DNA from: Perkinsus chesapeaki ATCC PRA-425
Taxonomy: Eukaryota > Protista > Perkinsozoa
Direction: 5' to 3'
DNA length: 43,365 nucleotides
Assembly: GCA_013115145.1 (NCBI GenBank)
Contig: JAAPAO010000282.1
Coordinates: 1-43,365, forward strand
Shown: piece after piece, positions 11,386-23,723 of the stretch
How the letters are laid out: every line of letters starts with the position of its first letter
How positions within the stretch are numbered: the first letter of the stretch is position 1
Position numbers and translations under genes: made by a program
The notes under the pieces: generated by a model
Database searches by the model: none
The model's input: the letters and a program-made list of their open reading frames with translations, nothing else
What the model was told of the DNA's origin: nothing

Positions 11386-12510
11386 ATGTCTGATTCGGGG
11401 CCTCCACTCCGATCTGCAGAGAAGTCTCGCGTGTCTACGTGCTTGTTTGCGGATAGGATAGCGACAGCTGTGGTGAGCACGTATAGGCAACTAACAGGAA
11501 CTACTGAGAAGACTCCAATGGCACCTAATGTGCTGGCTGGATTCCTCAGTTTTGACAGCAAGATGGATGAGATGGAAGTTCTATCCTTGGCGGTTGGAAC
11601 GAAGTATCTTCCGCCGAATGTGGTTAGTAAGGATATTGATGGGAGCAATGAACTAGTTCATGATTGCCATGCGGAGGTGTTGGCACGGTTAGCTCTCCTT
11701 CGGTACCTTGGAGATTACGGATGGAGTTCGGAGGCTAAGACACTTCATATGTACACCTCATCAGCACCGTGTGGCAACGCTTGTATCAAACGTTGGGTGA
11801 CCGGAAAGAAGGAAAAGTTTGATGGTGATGAGAAACTGTGGCCGAGGGCGGAACGTCATGAGAAGGTGGAACTGCATTCATATGGTGAAGGTCAGGTTGA
11901 AGCTACCTTTAAAGCGGCACAGGGTGACCCGAAGATGGCTGATTATTTCCCAAAAGGCATAGTGCGTGCCAGTGCTGTGGAGGATAAACGAGGCAGGTTG
12001 CTGTCATGCTCGGATCATATAGCTTTATGGAACTTGTTGGGGGTGGCGGAGGAAGAGACGGGGAAGCCGATATTTATTGAATCTATTACAATCGGTAGGA
12101 AGTTCTCACGGAAGTGCTGTGAGAGAGCGCTGTGCTGTCGGATGGAATTTAAAGGTTGCCCGAAGAAGGTTTATCATCCATCAATAATGTGTAGCGCGGT
12201 GAAGTTCCAAGAAGGAGGGATGGACGCTGACAAGGGAGCAGTTTTTACTGAGGATGACAGTCGGTGGTGGCGAAGGCTTGGGGACGACGGCAAGTGGGAA
12301 AAGGAGATAATCGATAGCAATACGGGAAGGGTAAAGACGGGGAGCAATGAAGTATCGAAGCTGGCAAGATGTCAAATGAGTGAGGGAAATAAAAAGGATA
12401 AACGAATGAGATTGGAGGTCGGCGATGGTGTTGAGCGAAGTTTGTTAAATGGACGGCATTCACCGTTTAAATGTTTATGTGATGATGAGTATTTATTAGC
12501 TAGCGGATGA
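11386..12510 (+). CDS. ADAT1-like adenosine deaminase (A_deamin/editase domain, no dsRBD), intronless, 374 aa
   Basis: Single ORF with VLAG, LAVGTK, DCHAEVLAR (H/E), LHMYTSSAPCGNA (C), LSCSDHIALWNLLG (C) and IFIESITIG, which is the ADAR/ADAT1 motif order. Confidence 0.85.
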   Translation: MSDSGPPLRSAEKSRVSTCLFADRIATAVVSTYRQLTGTTEKTPMAPNVLAGFLSFDSKMDEMEVLSLAVGTKYLPPNVVSKDIDGSNELVHDCHAEVLARLALLRYLGDYGWSSEAKTLHMYTSSAPCGNACIKRWVTGKKEKFDGDEKLWPRAERHEKVELHSYGEGQVEATFKAAQGDPKMADYFPKGIVRASAVEDKRGRLLSCSDHIALWNLLGVAEEETGKPIFIESITIGRKFSRKCCERALCCRMEFKGCPKKVYHPSIMCSAVKFQEGGMDADKGAVFTEDDSRWWRRLGDDGKWEKEIIDSNTGRVKTGSNEVSKLARCQMSEGNKKDKRMRLEVGDGVERSLLNGRHSPFKCLCDDEYLLASG

Positions 12511-12750
12511 TGATGATGATGTTGTTGGGTTGTGTAACGTCAATGTTGTGTAAATATTCATCACAGCCTCTTCGGTAACTGTATTATAATGTCTGTAATG
12601 TTGGTAATAGCATCATCTTATGTTCGGCAAACCACCACCTCATGGCCTAAAGTCGGATAAGACTGGAAGATGCTGCTGCCATCACTTAGTGAACCAATTG
12701 TGGAACCATTGTAAAATATTCATATGTTGAATCGTGAAGAATTCCGGTTA

Positions 12751-13790
12751 TTAATTCGGAGAGCTAACCCACCAAGGTGTTGAGGGACAGAATTCATCGG
12801 GCGGATGATAGGCACTGGCTGTATCCCTCGGTTTCCACGCTTCACCTTGTTTACAGTGCAAAAGGCTCTCCCGTACTCTGTCATATGACAATCGCCAACT
12901 ATTATCAACCTCTTCGCTTTCCTGATCACCCGCCTGCTGCTGCTGCTCCAACTTCAGACGGTGCTGCTGCAGTCGCATGTCGATTCGCAGATTTGACAGG
13001 TTGGATGGAAGAAATGACGCGCTGGAAGATACTCATTTCGTTGTCAGATGAAGAGTATCCAATTGCCAAGGTCACATTCCAGCTCACAGGGATCGTTCTC
13101 AACTTCGATCATGGCGATCGTCTCTCACCAATCGGCATCTTCGCAACTCCAGGTAGAGTGCTGCTGCTCTGTGCAGGTCTCTCGGCAGATTGACCTCTTC
13201 CAGCCACTTACGTTCGTATTTCCGGTTCTGCCCATCAGAAGGTTGCCGTATATCACAGCAGCTCGTTCACCAGATGTGCGTGGGTTAATGAAAAACATCT
13301 TTCACTGCTGAGTACTTCAGGCACTTTGAGCTTCGCCTCCTCCAGAGACTGCGATATGGTGGCCAAGTATCTCGCAGGCTGTGCGACACGCGTCACAATG
13401 AGTGTGATGTCGACATGCTTGAGGTGGCAGGATGTCCTGTCGGCAGATGAAGGAGGAAGGGTCCTCCTCACAGGATGGGTAAGGATGAGCTTTTGCCTAT
13501 GAGAAATGTGTACATCGATAATCATCATCATCATCAGGTGATGTGTTATGCCACTAATCAACCTCCACGTTACAATAGGGATGGGTTTGCTATTAAGAAG
13601 TTTATTTTGGGATATGCCGACGTTACAGTAAGTATGGTTACGTTGAAAGTAGTTGAGTTCTTCTATGGGGACGCGGCGGTGTAAAGTAGTATGTTGATAA
13701 TATCTTCAACCCCCTCGTGTGGATCTATAAAGTAGAAGCCAGCAAAGTACTCGCCCTGTGGGACAGAAGTGAACAAGTGAATAAGACATT
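12751..13790 (-). CDS. Hypothetical multi-exon protein (boundaries uncertain)
   Basis: Several minus-strand open segments (RYYQHTTLHRRVPIEELNYF...; RQKLILTHPVRR...VPEVL; Q/E-rich segment to 12751) flanked by GT/AG signals. The full splice path is not resolved and there is no family match. Confidence 0.3.
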
Positions 13791-14031
13791 TGTGAAGAGT
13801 TAGTAACGAGTGTCGTTGGAAACTGGAATCGAATGGTATATTTCGAGTTGCATTACACATTGTGTGGTAGACACAGTCACTTAAAAGTAATAAATAATAT
13901 TATTAGATCTCCATCCGTCAACACTGAGATTGAATTCAGCTGCGAACTGCCAGCAATAAGCAAAAGCAACTGCTCGATTTCACCTTTGCCAGTTCCCCGC
14001 ATTTGACCTCAAGAAAAGACTGCCCAACGAC

Positions 14032-15428
14032 ATGGATGGCACCGTGCGTATTTTCGCCGATACAACCAAAGAGCGCCGCCTCAACCACATCATACTTCCT
14101 CGTCATTCAGAAGATCGTAAAGCACCGAAATGCACTGTGAAAGGTGAAGTAATCTATTTACATGATGATAAGTCTTATATGACCAGGAGCGATACTTGTT
14201 CTTCATGGGGTATCAAGGACGGTGTTGAGGTTGCCATCGGAGGCTCATGCCAGACTGTGGGCGAGAGCGATAGATGCCGTGGTTGTTACACCACCACTTG
14301 ATGAGATGTTACTCTCGAAGGAAGTCAAAAAAGAGACCAGGACTAGATTTAATGAAGTAAGGTTCAGTGCGATAACCCCATCTAGGGTGGTGCAATGAGT
14401 ATCCCGATTGGGAATCAATTCAACCGTTTAACCTATTTTCAACCTTTGGTGACCCCTAGTACCCATAACTCACGTTGAGGAGCATGAGGTCATGTCATCA
14501 ACTAGTTCAGAATGAAGCTCTCACACTGTAATGAATACCACTGTTAGGCAAAGCAGCGCCTGGTGGAGGAGATTGCAAATCTTAAACTGTCTACGGAAGA
14601 TAATGTCTACGCGGGCGAGCTAGTTTTGATGGACGCCATCGAAGAGGTGCGTTTTGTAGAAAGAGGCTTCCCTTAATTTTCCTCCGATGGCACTCCTCTT
14701 TTTAGAATCTTCCCTCGCATAACAAGGAAAATAGTTCTATTGATGGACTTGGAGGAAAATCGTCTTCTATTTCGATTTTCGGTGAGTGTCCTCCCTTACC
14801 GGTTCATAAAGACTAGGTGCAGGGGCTCCGACAGCTGCTCCGTCAACTATCACGTATAAACCTGCAAAACAAGAGATGCTGTCTGACACTGTTATTATTG
14901 GCGGTGGCGGCACCGACACTGTTACTACTACTGCATCTGCGGGGACTGTTATTGTTTATGAGCCCCCAAAGATCGGCGCAAGAAGGGAGTCACTGGGTAA
15001 GATTGAGCAGTATTCGATTCACTGTGGTTGTGATGGAGTAGGTACGGTTATCGAAGGTTCGAAGGGGGACTGGAAACCTGGTGATTTTGGAGGGCATCTT
15101 TTGGCCCAAACATCTGATGATTTGGTAAGGTGTGCTTAGGATATAAGTGTTGCAAGGTGTTAGTGTGGATATTTATGAAACAGAGCCTTTGTTAAACGGG
15201 GACTCCAGTAGAAGGGGTTGCCTTCGTTATAGAGTAGTGACTACTCAGTAGTCCCCCATCAAGAACGTTGATATAGAACCGTGCTATTTGTATGGCCTAT
15301 GCCGCTTGCTAATGCACGGGTTGACTTGGTGGCATAACGCAGCTCCTCCCGAGGCTGCTGCTGCTGTTGGTATTGCAAATCTTTTTGGTCAGGTCCAGAA
15401 TAATGCGGAGGGAGGTCCAGTTTTGTAA
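14032..15428 (+). CDS. Hypothetical multi-exon protein with a possible N-terminal PH-like domain
   Basis: Splicing GT-AG introns gives MDGTVRIFAD...KGAILVLHGVSRTVLRLPSEAHARLWARAIDAVV (a strand followed by a W-containing helix, as in PH domains), then AKQRLVEEIANL... and ends ...GGPVL* at 15426-15428. Confidence 0.45.
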
Positions 15429-15589
15429 TTGCAGTGGGTTACACATATTGTTACTTTGTGAATCATCTATATGCATTCACATGATAATGCTGATGTTGTT
15501 ACTTTCTCCATTATGCAATCGTTCTGAGTTTAGAACAGTCTGACGGTGAACACTTCATAAGGCCATCTTGTACATGGCTGAGTAATCAA

Positions 15590-16310
15590 TCCTTTTTCGA
15601 GGAGGTAGAGCTGCTCTCCTTCGGCCTGACGGCTGAGGAGCGGCCTCGCCGCGCACGTGAGCCTCCTACACCTTCGGTCTCCAAAACGAGTCAATTGCGT
15701 GCAAATACAAACTTACCAGCACAATGTTCCAAGCTTGCCAATTGACATATTGGTGGCCAGTCGGTAAATCACAAATGATGCAACAGAGGGATATATGAAA
15801 ACAGCAGAACAGAGGGCTCATATAAATGGTGTCGGCCTTGGCTTGGCAGGCCTAGGCTGGGGCCTGAGAGCCTTAGCTCGTGACGCGGGTGGGAGAAGCT
15901 AAGAACCTCTGTTCCTAGTTGCATCACGGAGTCGATTGCATCCTACACGAATGCCTTTGCCAATCCTACGCGAAGTGACTATAGAAACATCTGAGACTGT
16001 CAGACTGAGCGCGTGGCGCCTCAGCCGTGGTACCAAGGGTGATGAGACGTCGATTAGCAGGATTGCCCATTCGGTTAGCTTTGCTAATCGGCGTCTCACC
16101 ATCATAAGGTTGCAATAAACGTCTAAGTCTCAAGTGCCAGAGAATGGTCAACAAACACACTGTATATAGTGGCACTCTTGGAAGTTACTCCGCTAACCAC
16201 TCAGGGAGCAAGCTATTCAATATGCTATTATATGTCTGGAAGGGGGTCACTCCACCATGGGGATAGCTCATAGTGCGGCGCACAGCTGCCAGTACAATAT
16301 CTCGGCCTAG
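15590..16310 (-). CDS. Hypothetical multi-exon protein fragment
   Basis: In-frame splice RDIVLAAVRRTMSYPHGG...LLPE/LRRLLQPYDGETPISKANRM... Both ends are unresolved. Confidence 0.25.
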
Positions 16311-16536
16311 TTGTGCTTGATAAGAACTATTCTCACAAAATATCATATCAAGCTAGTCATTTGCTTTAACTAGAGATACTAGTAATGTAGTACCAGACTG
16401 GTAGAAGCAGGAAAGGACTCTCTTTTGGGGGAACCTGATCGGGAGGTGCGTGAATACAAGAACGCAGCTCGCGCGTCGTTCCTCGAGGCACACGGAAAAG
16501 GGAGAGGCCTGCAGTTGCTTCCGAAGTTATTAATAA

Positions 16537-17088
16537 ATGCTATTCATTAGAAGTGCTCTCATCCCGCTGCTGATTTGCCTGCAAGTGAAGGCCATTCCTG
16601 ATAGAGTCTTCGAGGGAACCTTAAACCACGAGGTCCTTGTGAGCAGAAATGTTGAGATCCGCTACCACATACACTTCTATACATCTGAAGGTGTGAACTA
16701 TGCCGACTTTGGTCTAACTACCTTTAATCCGTGGAGCGATGAGCAACTCCCATCTCTTATTGCAAGACGCCTCCGTTATACCGAGCAGCGCTCTGGTGAT
16801 GCTAGTACAGTTACATTTGATTGGTCACAAGCTTCGAGCGATAGGGCACGCATGGCCAGCAGACTGGATGATATATTTCGACACCTACCTTATAGACCGC
16901 TACCATTTCAAAGACCATATGTTGACAGGGATACCCTATTTCCGTTCATGACCTACCACTATGGATCTGAATTTGGGGATATGTATCTTAACGAAGAACC
17001 TGGCGCTGGCACAAACTTATTTCCGATAGCAGCTGCTTACGCAGCTCAAATCATTTGCTCTTTTTTTGGACCTAAAAGGCCTTTCTGA
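16537..17088 (+). CDS. Intronless predicted secreted protein, 183 aa, unknown family
   Basis: Clean ORF with a signal-peptide-like N-terminus (MLFIRSALIPLLICLQVKA) and a globular-looking remainder. Confidence 0.6.
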   Translation: MLFIRSALIPLLICLQVKAIPDRVFEGTLNHEVLVSRNVEIRYHIHFYTSEGVNYADFGLTTFNPWSDEQLPSLIARRLRYTEQRSGDASTVTFDWSQASSDRARMASRLDDIFRHLPYRPLPFQRPYVDRDTLFPFMTYHYGSEFGDMYLNEEPGAGTNLFPIAAAYAAQIICSFFGPKRPF

Positions 17089-18498
17089 GGTTGTAGGACC
17101 CCTATGGATATGTCATGTCTTGTATTGTTAACTCCGTGTACCCTTGTTCTAGGCGATAAGTCCCCTCCCTTCTTGCGTTTCTGAGATCCTTACCATCAAA
17201 GACGCATCCAGGGCCACAGAAATTGCGGTACTTTTCGTGTTGGTAAGTTCTCATTGTCGAGTCCCGTCGAGTATCAATAGTTGAAAGTTTGTTATTGTTC
17301 TGCGCGCGACTTGGGTTACAGTTCTCTGGGACACGTTCATTCTCTACTCTTACCTGGGGAGAACTCCTAGCAGGCTTTAATGATTTAAGAGAACAGAGAC
17401 TGTCGGTCGGAGAGTATTCAAAGGGGAGTCCTACTACAAATCGACCAGCCACGAGAATGGGGCAATCAAAGGCATCACGTGGAAGCACTCTATCGGACAC
17501 TGTGAAAATTAACCTGGGATTAGTCTCACACCGTTATGATTGTTAAGGCACCTCGTAGCACTATACTGTAAAGGGTTAAATACCGTGATATGATACAGTG
17601 TATCACCCGCCTTCCTTTGCAAGACTGAGCTACTGCCACACTGCTAATGTGATAGTGGCAGACTAAGCCATGAAGATTAAGTTACAACCGGGCACAGCCA
17701 TAAAAAGTTTTGGTAAATGAAACGATTCAATGATTCTCTGCTAGCCTCGCGTTATTTGCGTTAATAAAGAAAGGCCTACTATTAGCAGCCTGCTAAGTGC
17801 TACTGCCGAATGGATAATCAGTTATTAACAGAAGAGGTGAATTTCGTCCGAGGTGGAGTCCACTGGCTCAGGCGATCAGCACTTACTTTTATTCGATAAA
17901 GCTCACTCAAGCTGGTAAATGCCCACATGATTTTGAAAGGTCTATTGGACTCCCCAACGGCTCATAGCCCCGCTCACGGTGATGGTGGGAGTACGTCCGA
18001 CTTGCACTTTTCTGAGAGCCTCTGGGATGATCTCAGGTTTTGAACACACCTCATTCTGCGGCACTCTTTCGAATACAACCAGCATTCCAGCCCAAGATGT
18101 GAGGATAGCATGGGACCCTTAAGTGACGCGATTTCTGTCGTGTTCAGCCAACGTCGGCGACATTCGCAGCTACTGTGAATACAATAGGCAAGTCACCACC
18201 TCCATTAAAAGCTCTAGCAAGTCCACACAAACACGTTCATCAAAAGCTGTACTCGGAAGAGTCAGTGTCAAGCCTTCTGAGTCGGGGTCTAGGCAATCCC
18301 CTCTTAAAGACTGATCTGGTGGGTAAGGCTCTGCCGATTGTGTGTACCGTCATCGTGAATAAGATGTTACAGGACTTCACCAAAGGGGAAGATTCAGGAT
18401 TACACAAGCCTCGAGATCATCCAAGAAATAGGCGAAAAAATGCTCTTCACACTATCAACTTTTTCACCCCATCTTCACTGTCTTTTCTTATTATATAG

Positions 18499-20832
18499 GT
18501 TACGCTTTGATCTACTTTATAAATACGTACCATGCCACAATTGAGTTAGACACTCCATCAGATGTGCAATGGGTTGCACGCAGTCACCCTCGCGAACTCC
18601 AGGGGAGTTTAAGAAAAAGGATTGCTTTCGTTGACCAGGTTAATAACAACAACCTGCAATACTACGGTGAAGTCCACATCGGAGACCCTCCCCAGAAGTT
18701 CTTAGCTATTTACGACACTGGCTCAGAACGGCTTTGGGTTCCGGGAGAGCGTTGCCATGGGGAGGCTTGCGTAGGGCACCACAAGTGAGAGACTCCCCGT
18801 GTTGCTCGAGCATTCTTCTTCAACAGATTCCACCCGACAAACAGCCAAACATACAGGCAGCTCATTGGCGGTGAACGGCGCATGACTTACGGCACGGGCG
18901 AGGTAAGACTATGCAAGGCGAAGAGTATTCTTTTTAACGTATAGGTTCGTTTTAGAGAGGGTCATGATACTGTTAGGCTATGTGATTCGAAAAGAGGATG
19001 CTTTAATGAGCTTACAAACCCACCCCGTCCGACCGGGAGTAGTAAGCCCATAACTTCCCTTGCAGCCGATCAACAGGTAGGTGGACCAACAAATGTACTT
19101 GTATGTGTTAGTGGAGGTTTGCTTACCTCATCAATTGATATATTCCTCTGCAAATAGTGGGGATGCGCCCGGCCATGGAGAGTGATGTGAAATAATTGCT
19201 ATCGCTCATTTGCGTATGTGCTGGAAGTTCTTAGGAAGGCTCACAAACTTGCATCAACAGTACTAGGTATTCAGGATAACAACCATGTGTCATACATAGT
19301 GTCTATTACGGCAAAATAATCAAAGAATAAATATTACACTGCCAATCTTAGTGTTGGCCATTACCATGCCGAACTATCCCGTGATCCAGGCTCAGGCTTC
19401 CTCCACTTGACATTCATGAAGTTGGCGAGTCTCAGTATTACTAGCAAGAGTCTTGCTGCAAGACCCTTTTCAGTCAGTGGGAATGACATCATACCAAAGC
19501 CCAGACCCGTTCAAGAAGCTCCCATTCGACGGTATACTGGGCCTGCCTCCGAGTGGTAACTACGGCGACGGTCACCCTCCATCTTTGCTCGGCGAGTGGC
19601 TTAAAGTCGCCAAGTGGGGCCTTACACCTCCACTAGATATGATTCATTATCAAGGTTCCGTCATCACCATCCAAGAATGATAAGCTTTTACTTGTCGCCA
19701 GACACTTCAGTAAAGGGTTCGGTTGCCATCGGTGGTGTAGACTGGCATCATATAGATAATTCAAAGAAAATGCATTGGTGAGTTCTCGTTAGTGAAGTTC
19801 AACTCGCTTTATTTAGTAGGCACAACATTCATACACCCACTGACGCTTGGAGAGTTGACCTTGTTGATATAGCAGTTGGCGGAAAGCCCTTGCACCTCTG
19901 TGGGAGTGGTGTAGATGGGCCTAATACCACTTGTGAGGTATGCTCAGTCTTACATTAGTTAGAGATTCCGAGTTAGAATTGACTGTGGGATCAGTCACCG
20001 TGTCTACTTATTGATACCGTGCTACTGCTCATGTCGAGGTTTCACGCCTCTGTATTACAGTGCTGTTCTTTTGTGTTCTTTTGTTGGTCACATTCGAGTG
20101 TTGACAAAAACTGAAGATAGTCGATTGAACTGCGGGAGTTGATCGTAGGGAATGAGTTTAAACACTATGAATTAGATTTAATAAGCCGGGCAAACAGTCT
20201 GACAGAGGAGTTTCCTCCGACTTCATGCTGTACAATATATCGACCTTACTGTTTATGTCATATTAGTCGTTAGTCTAGGGCCACTTAGCTAATAGAGAGA
20301 TCGTACACATGGATGTGTCTCAGGCCATGATTGATACTGGCAGCAGTTTGATAACAGGACCTCACAGTGATGCCGCTAAGGTTCTTGCTCGCATTGGCCC
20401 TCTTCCACATTCATGTGGCAAAGTAAGCGAGCCCCCATCGTTTGACAGTTGCAGTGCGCCGCTCTCCAGCTCAGTCCCGAAGAGCTTGACCGTCGAATGC
20501 CGCGCATTGATATCATTCTCCGAGATAGCTCTGGCAAGGACGTGTGGTATCCTTTGAGTCCGAGGGACTATGTTATTAGATTTCAACATGCTAATCATTC
20601 CGGGTACATCGGCCCGTCCCAGTGAGTGCTGTTTTTGGCATTTCCATGAGTGCCCTTCAGGACGTGCGAGCTGGGAGTCGGGAAGCTCGACTTGCCCTTC
20701 AATCGCGACAGTCACCATGAAGGTCGAGGTGTGTGGGTTCTGGGGGACACTTTCTTGAGAAGATATTACTCGGTCTTCGATGACGCACATCACCGGATTG
20801 GACTGATACGCTCCTTCCACGGCCACAAGTGA
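18499..20832 (+). CDS. Pepsin-family (A1) aspartic protease, multi-exon, plasmepsin/ASP-like; N-terminal pro-region unresolved
   Basis: QYYGEVHIGDPPQKFLAIYDTGSERLWVP (first DTG), flap MTYGTGE, PFDGILGL, WRVDLVDIAVGG, AMIDTGSSLITGP (second DTG), WVLGDTFLRRYYSVFDDAHHRIG, stop at 20832. Confidence 0.9.
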
Positions 20833-22639
20833 GCCTACGCTGCATCATTAGGTTTGGTAATTCTATGCAGGTTGGAAGGCAATGGTGTAGTTACCCGTAC
20901 AATAGGGGGCAGCAGCATCATCATCCTACCAACCCGTACAACACCGAGGCATCATGCTCCAAGCGTTTCACCATGCTCGGCATCGTCAGTGAACTCTTTC
21001 TTGTGGTTTATGTTGTTTTGGGTTCTTGACTATTAGTACTCCTATATTAAAGCAATACTACTACATATAGTGTAGCAATAACACTATCGACATTGAAGCA
21101 ATGCCTTCAACAGTAATGTTGTCAACTGTGTATCCACCGGCACACGGAGCAGCGAACCAGTCACAAAGCCACCGCTGCTGCTGCAATCTAAGTTTTGCTC
21201 TAACACTAACCGTAGAGATTACAGTAATAGTGTCCGAACTCCGATATATGCTATAGGAACAGGTCAGCAATGCCAGTTTCAGCAGTGGGTACCCAGAACC
21301 ATTACGAACCGCGGGATGTAGTGCTCTCGGCTACGACTACCGTATATGGCGGGATAGTGCGCCCCAGTCCTGTGGTGCACGGATGGAAGTCTAGAGATAA
21401 CTAGTAACTCAAGAATGCGGATGACAGTAAAGCCTATGATGAGGCAAAGCATGAAGTCGAAGAATTGATTCGTTCAAGCACAGAATGTTTCGTGAACTTG
21501 AATGGTGGTGATTTGCTGCTTGAAGCTTTGTCTCGAGAAAGCGATCTTCGTAATGGTGTACGGTTCCAACATGCTCCAGCATCATTGATAGTCGCCCTCG
21601 TTTCGACTTGGTATCTGTATTATAATATATATCTAATGGGGCGATCAATCTTACGCGCCCAGTGGAGGCGACCGACATCCGAGATCTAATACGGGGTTGA
21701 TATCTTTGAATCTTGCCTCTTTGTTCATGGCTGCGCCAAAGTTGCTGACAGGCTTTTGTGCGCTGTTTTCTGAAGGGAGTTGATTATTGAGCAATAAGAG
21801 GTTTACCTTCGTTTGGCCAGTCTCGTGTGTCCGCCGGTTTAGCGTACCCCTTAGAGGCCGGTATCAATCGTCTTGTTTCACACGGCCAGTATGCACCACT
21901 GTGATCCATACCAGTGGGGACTAGCTCAGTCAACCTAAGATACTCGTTATTCGCATGGATAGACTGTATCCATCGCTTACACCCCTATCTGATGGTGGGC
22001 TTCTTTTCCCCAAATATCATTTCTATTGGTTTTAAATCTTAATGTCTCTGAAATGATAGCTCCCATTTGATTGGGATGGTTCTGTCCATAAGTCGGTATC
22101 CATCGTTTGCCGTATCTCCCTTTCAATAAAGGATGCTCTAGCGAGGGTGTGTAGGGTATCATTCGAACAGTAGTTGTTTAGGGTGAATTAATTAGCATCA
22201 ACCTAAGATTCTTTGCTGTAGTTCTGCAACCGATCTTTCAATAGAGACTCCACAAATGCACATGACTCTACATTCGATTAGTTGAATTTATTACTCAACA
22301 TCATTACCTAATACCATCTTCGATTCGAGCAGCAGCATTCAAGCATGTTAGGGCTTGAACAATTAATAACAACCAAATAGCATCGAATAGCTATCACAAC
22401 TTGTCACTCAACGGGGGGGGACTTTGCTCATATTCAGCATCAGCAGTCTGCCTAGAGTCTAGTGTATTCTCGATAGGTCTCTGGTTAATAGAATCTACCG
22501 CAGTAACGCAATTTGCACGCGTACACGCCACGACGATTATGTGTAATATATTCCGGTGTTATATATTTACTCAGCACTCAATCGTCTGTCATTGCGTACA
22601 GTCTACAGCCGTTTGGCGTCACGGCCGCGCATCTGTGAA

Positions 22640-23723
22640 ATGTCTGCTACATCTGCCCCCTCTTCTGCTCTTAAAGGAGGCGATTCGAATGTACTAAATG
22701 GGCTCTATCGATTCTAGAAAAGATATTTCTTAGGTCGGGTTGTCATCCCATGCTAAATTGGTGCTTGGGAAATGGCGACAATTTCATAAGGATTGTCCAA
22801 TACCAACTGAACAGGTACATTTATGTTTATTGTAATTTATTATTGTTCATATAGGACTGTATGACCCTCGCAAAGGCCACTGGTTTGACCACAGATGCCA
22901 TTATTGGTTATCTACTAACAATTGAGAATGAGGAACCGCCGTCGGCGGCGGTCAATGGGGGCGCAGCTGATCGGCAGCAACAACAACAGGCGAAGCAAGT
23001 GGGGAATGATCAGGATTTGGGTGCCAACATGTCTGCAAGATTTAAGAGCCCTCAGGATCAAGGTAATGGTAATTGTCGGTGTACTAGGGTGCAATGGTAT
23101 CTTAGGGATGACTATGATGCACGCTCAACAGTTCCAGCAAATTAGGGGACCGGCTATGCAGCCCAATCCAGGGCTATCCCAATTGAACCCAACAGACAGT
23201 ATCCTATCGTCACTTTCATGTGGATTGCCAGCCGAGGCTGAAAGCATTCTCAATTCGTATGTCTCTAAGCATCTTCAAGGTACTAGAACACGGTAATAGA
23301 AATAAGGGATGGTTCTGCCCTTTAGATGGCGTGCCTCCGGAGCAGCACATAATGGCCTTAGCTGGCAGGTTACAGCTGTCAATGCCGGTCATTATGAGAG
23401 CTATAATGACTAAACGAGCAGTGCTCAAGAGTGGTTTATTAAGTGCTAGGCAGGATACAGTAGCAGCTGCACAACAACAACGATCTTCGATGGATACGTC
23501 CAGATTTGATTATCAGCAACAAATGCTACCAGAAATGCGGGGAGGTAGGATGGTTGGATTTTGGGGGGTTATTAATATAAGGAATATAAGATAGTAATAT
23601 GATGCTGTGTTAGCAGGTGATTATGGTCAGAGTAGACCATCAACAACAATTCAACAGATACAGAGTACTACCATTAATTTTGGATCACGTAGCGGGGAGA
23701 GCGGTATGACTAATAATGCGTAG
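22640..23723 (+). CDS. Hypothetical protein with two degenerate TALE-like homeodomain repeats
   Basis: Exons 22640-22690, 22734-22814, 22855-23062, 23106-23279 and 23326 onward splice in frame across four 40-46 nt GT-AG introns. The last exon probably ends at TAG 23721-23723. Two 49-aa segments align without gaps to the MEIS/TGIF helix pattern. Confidence 0.6.

Noticed and set aside
11340-11386. Relic spliced leader upstream of the intronless ADAT-like gene
   Set aside because: No CCGTAGCCAT...GGCTCAAG-like sequence was seen here or elsewhere on manual reading.
15056-15066. GGTTCGAAGGG
   Set aside because: Exonic, and lacks the pyrimidines after the T-loop.
20829-22162. Scattered short ORFs downstream of the first protease
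   Set aside because: No consistent splice path or recognisable domain could be built.
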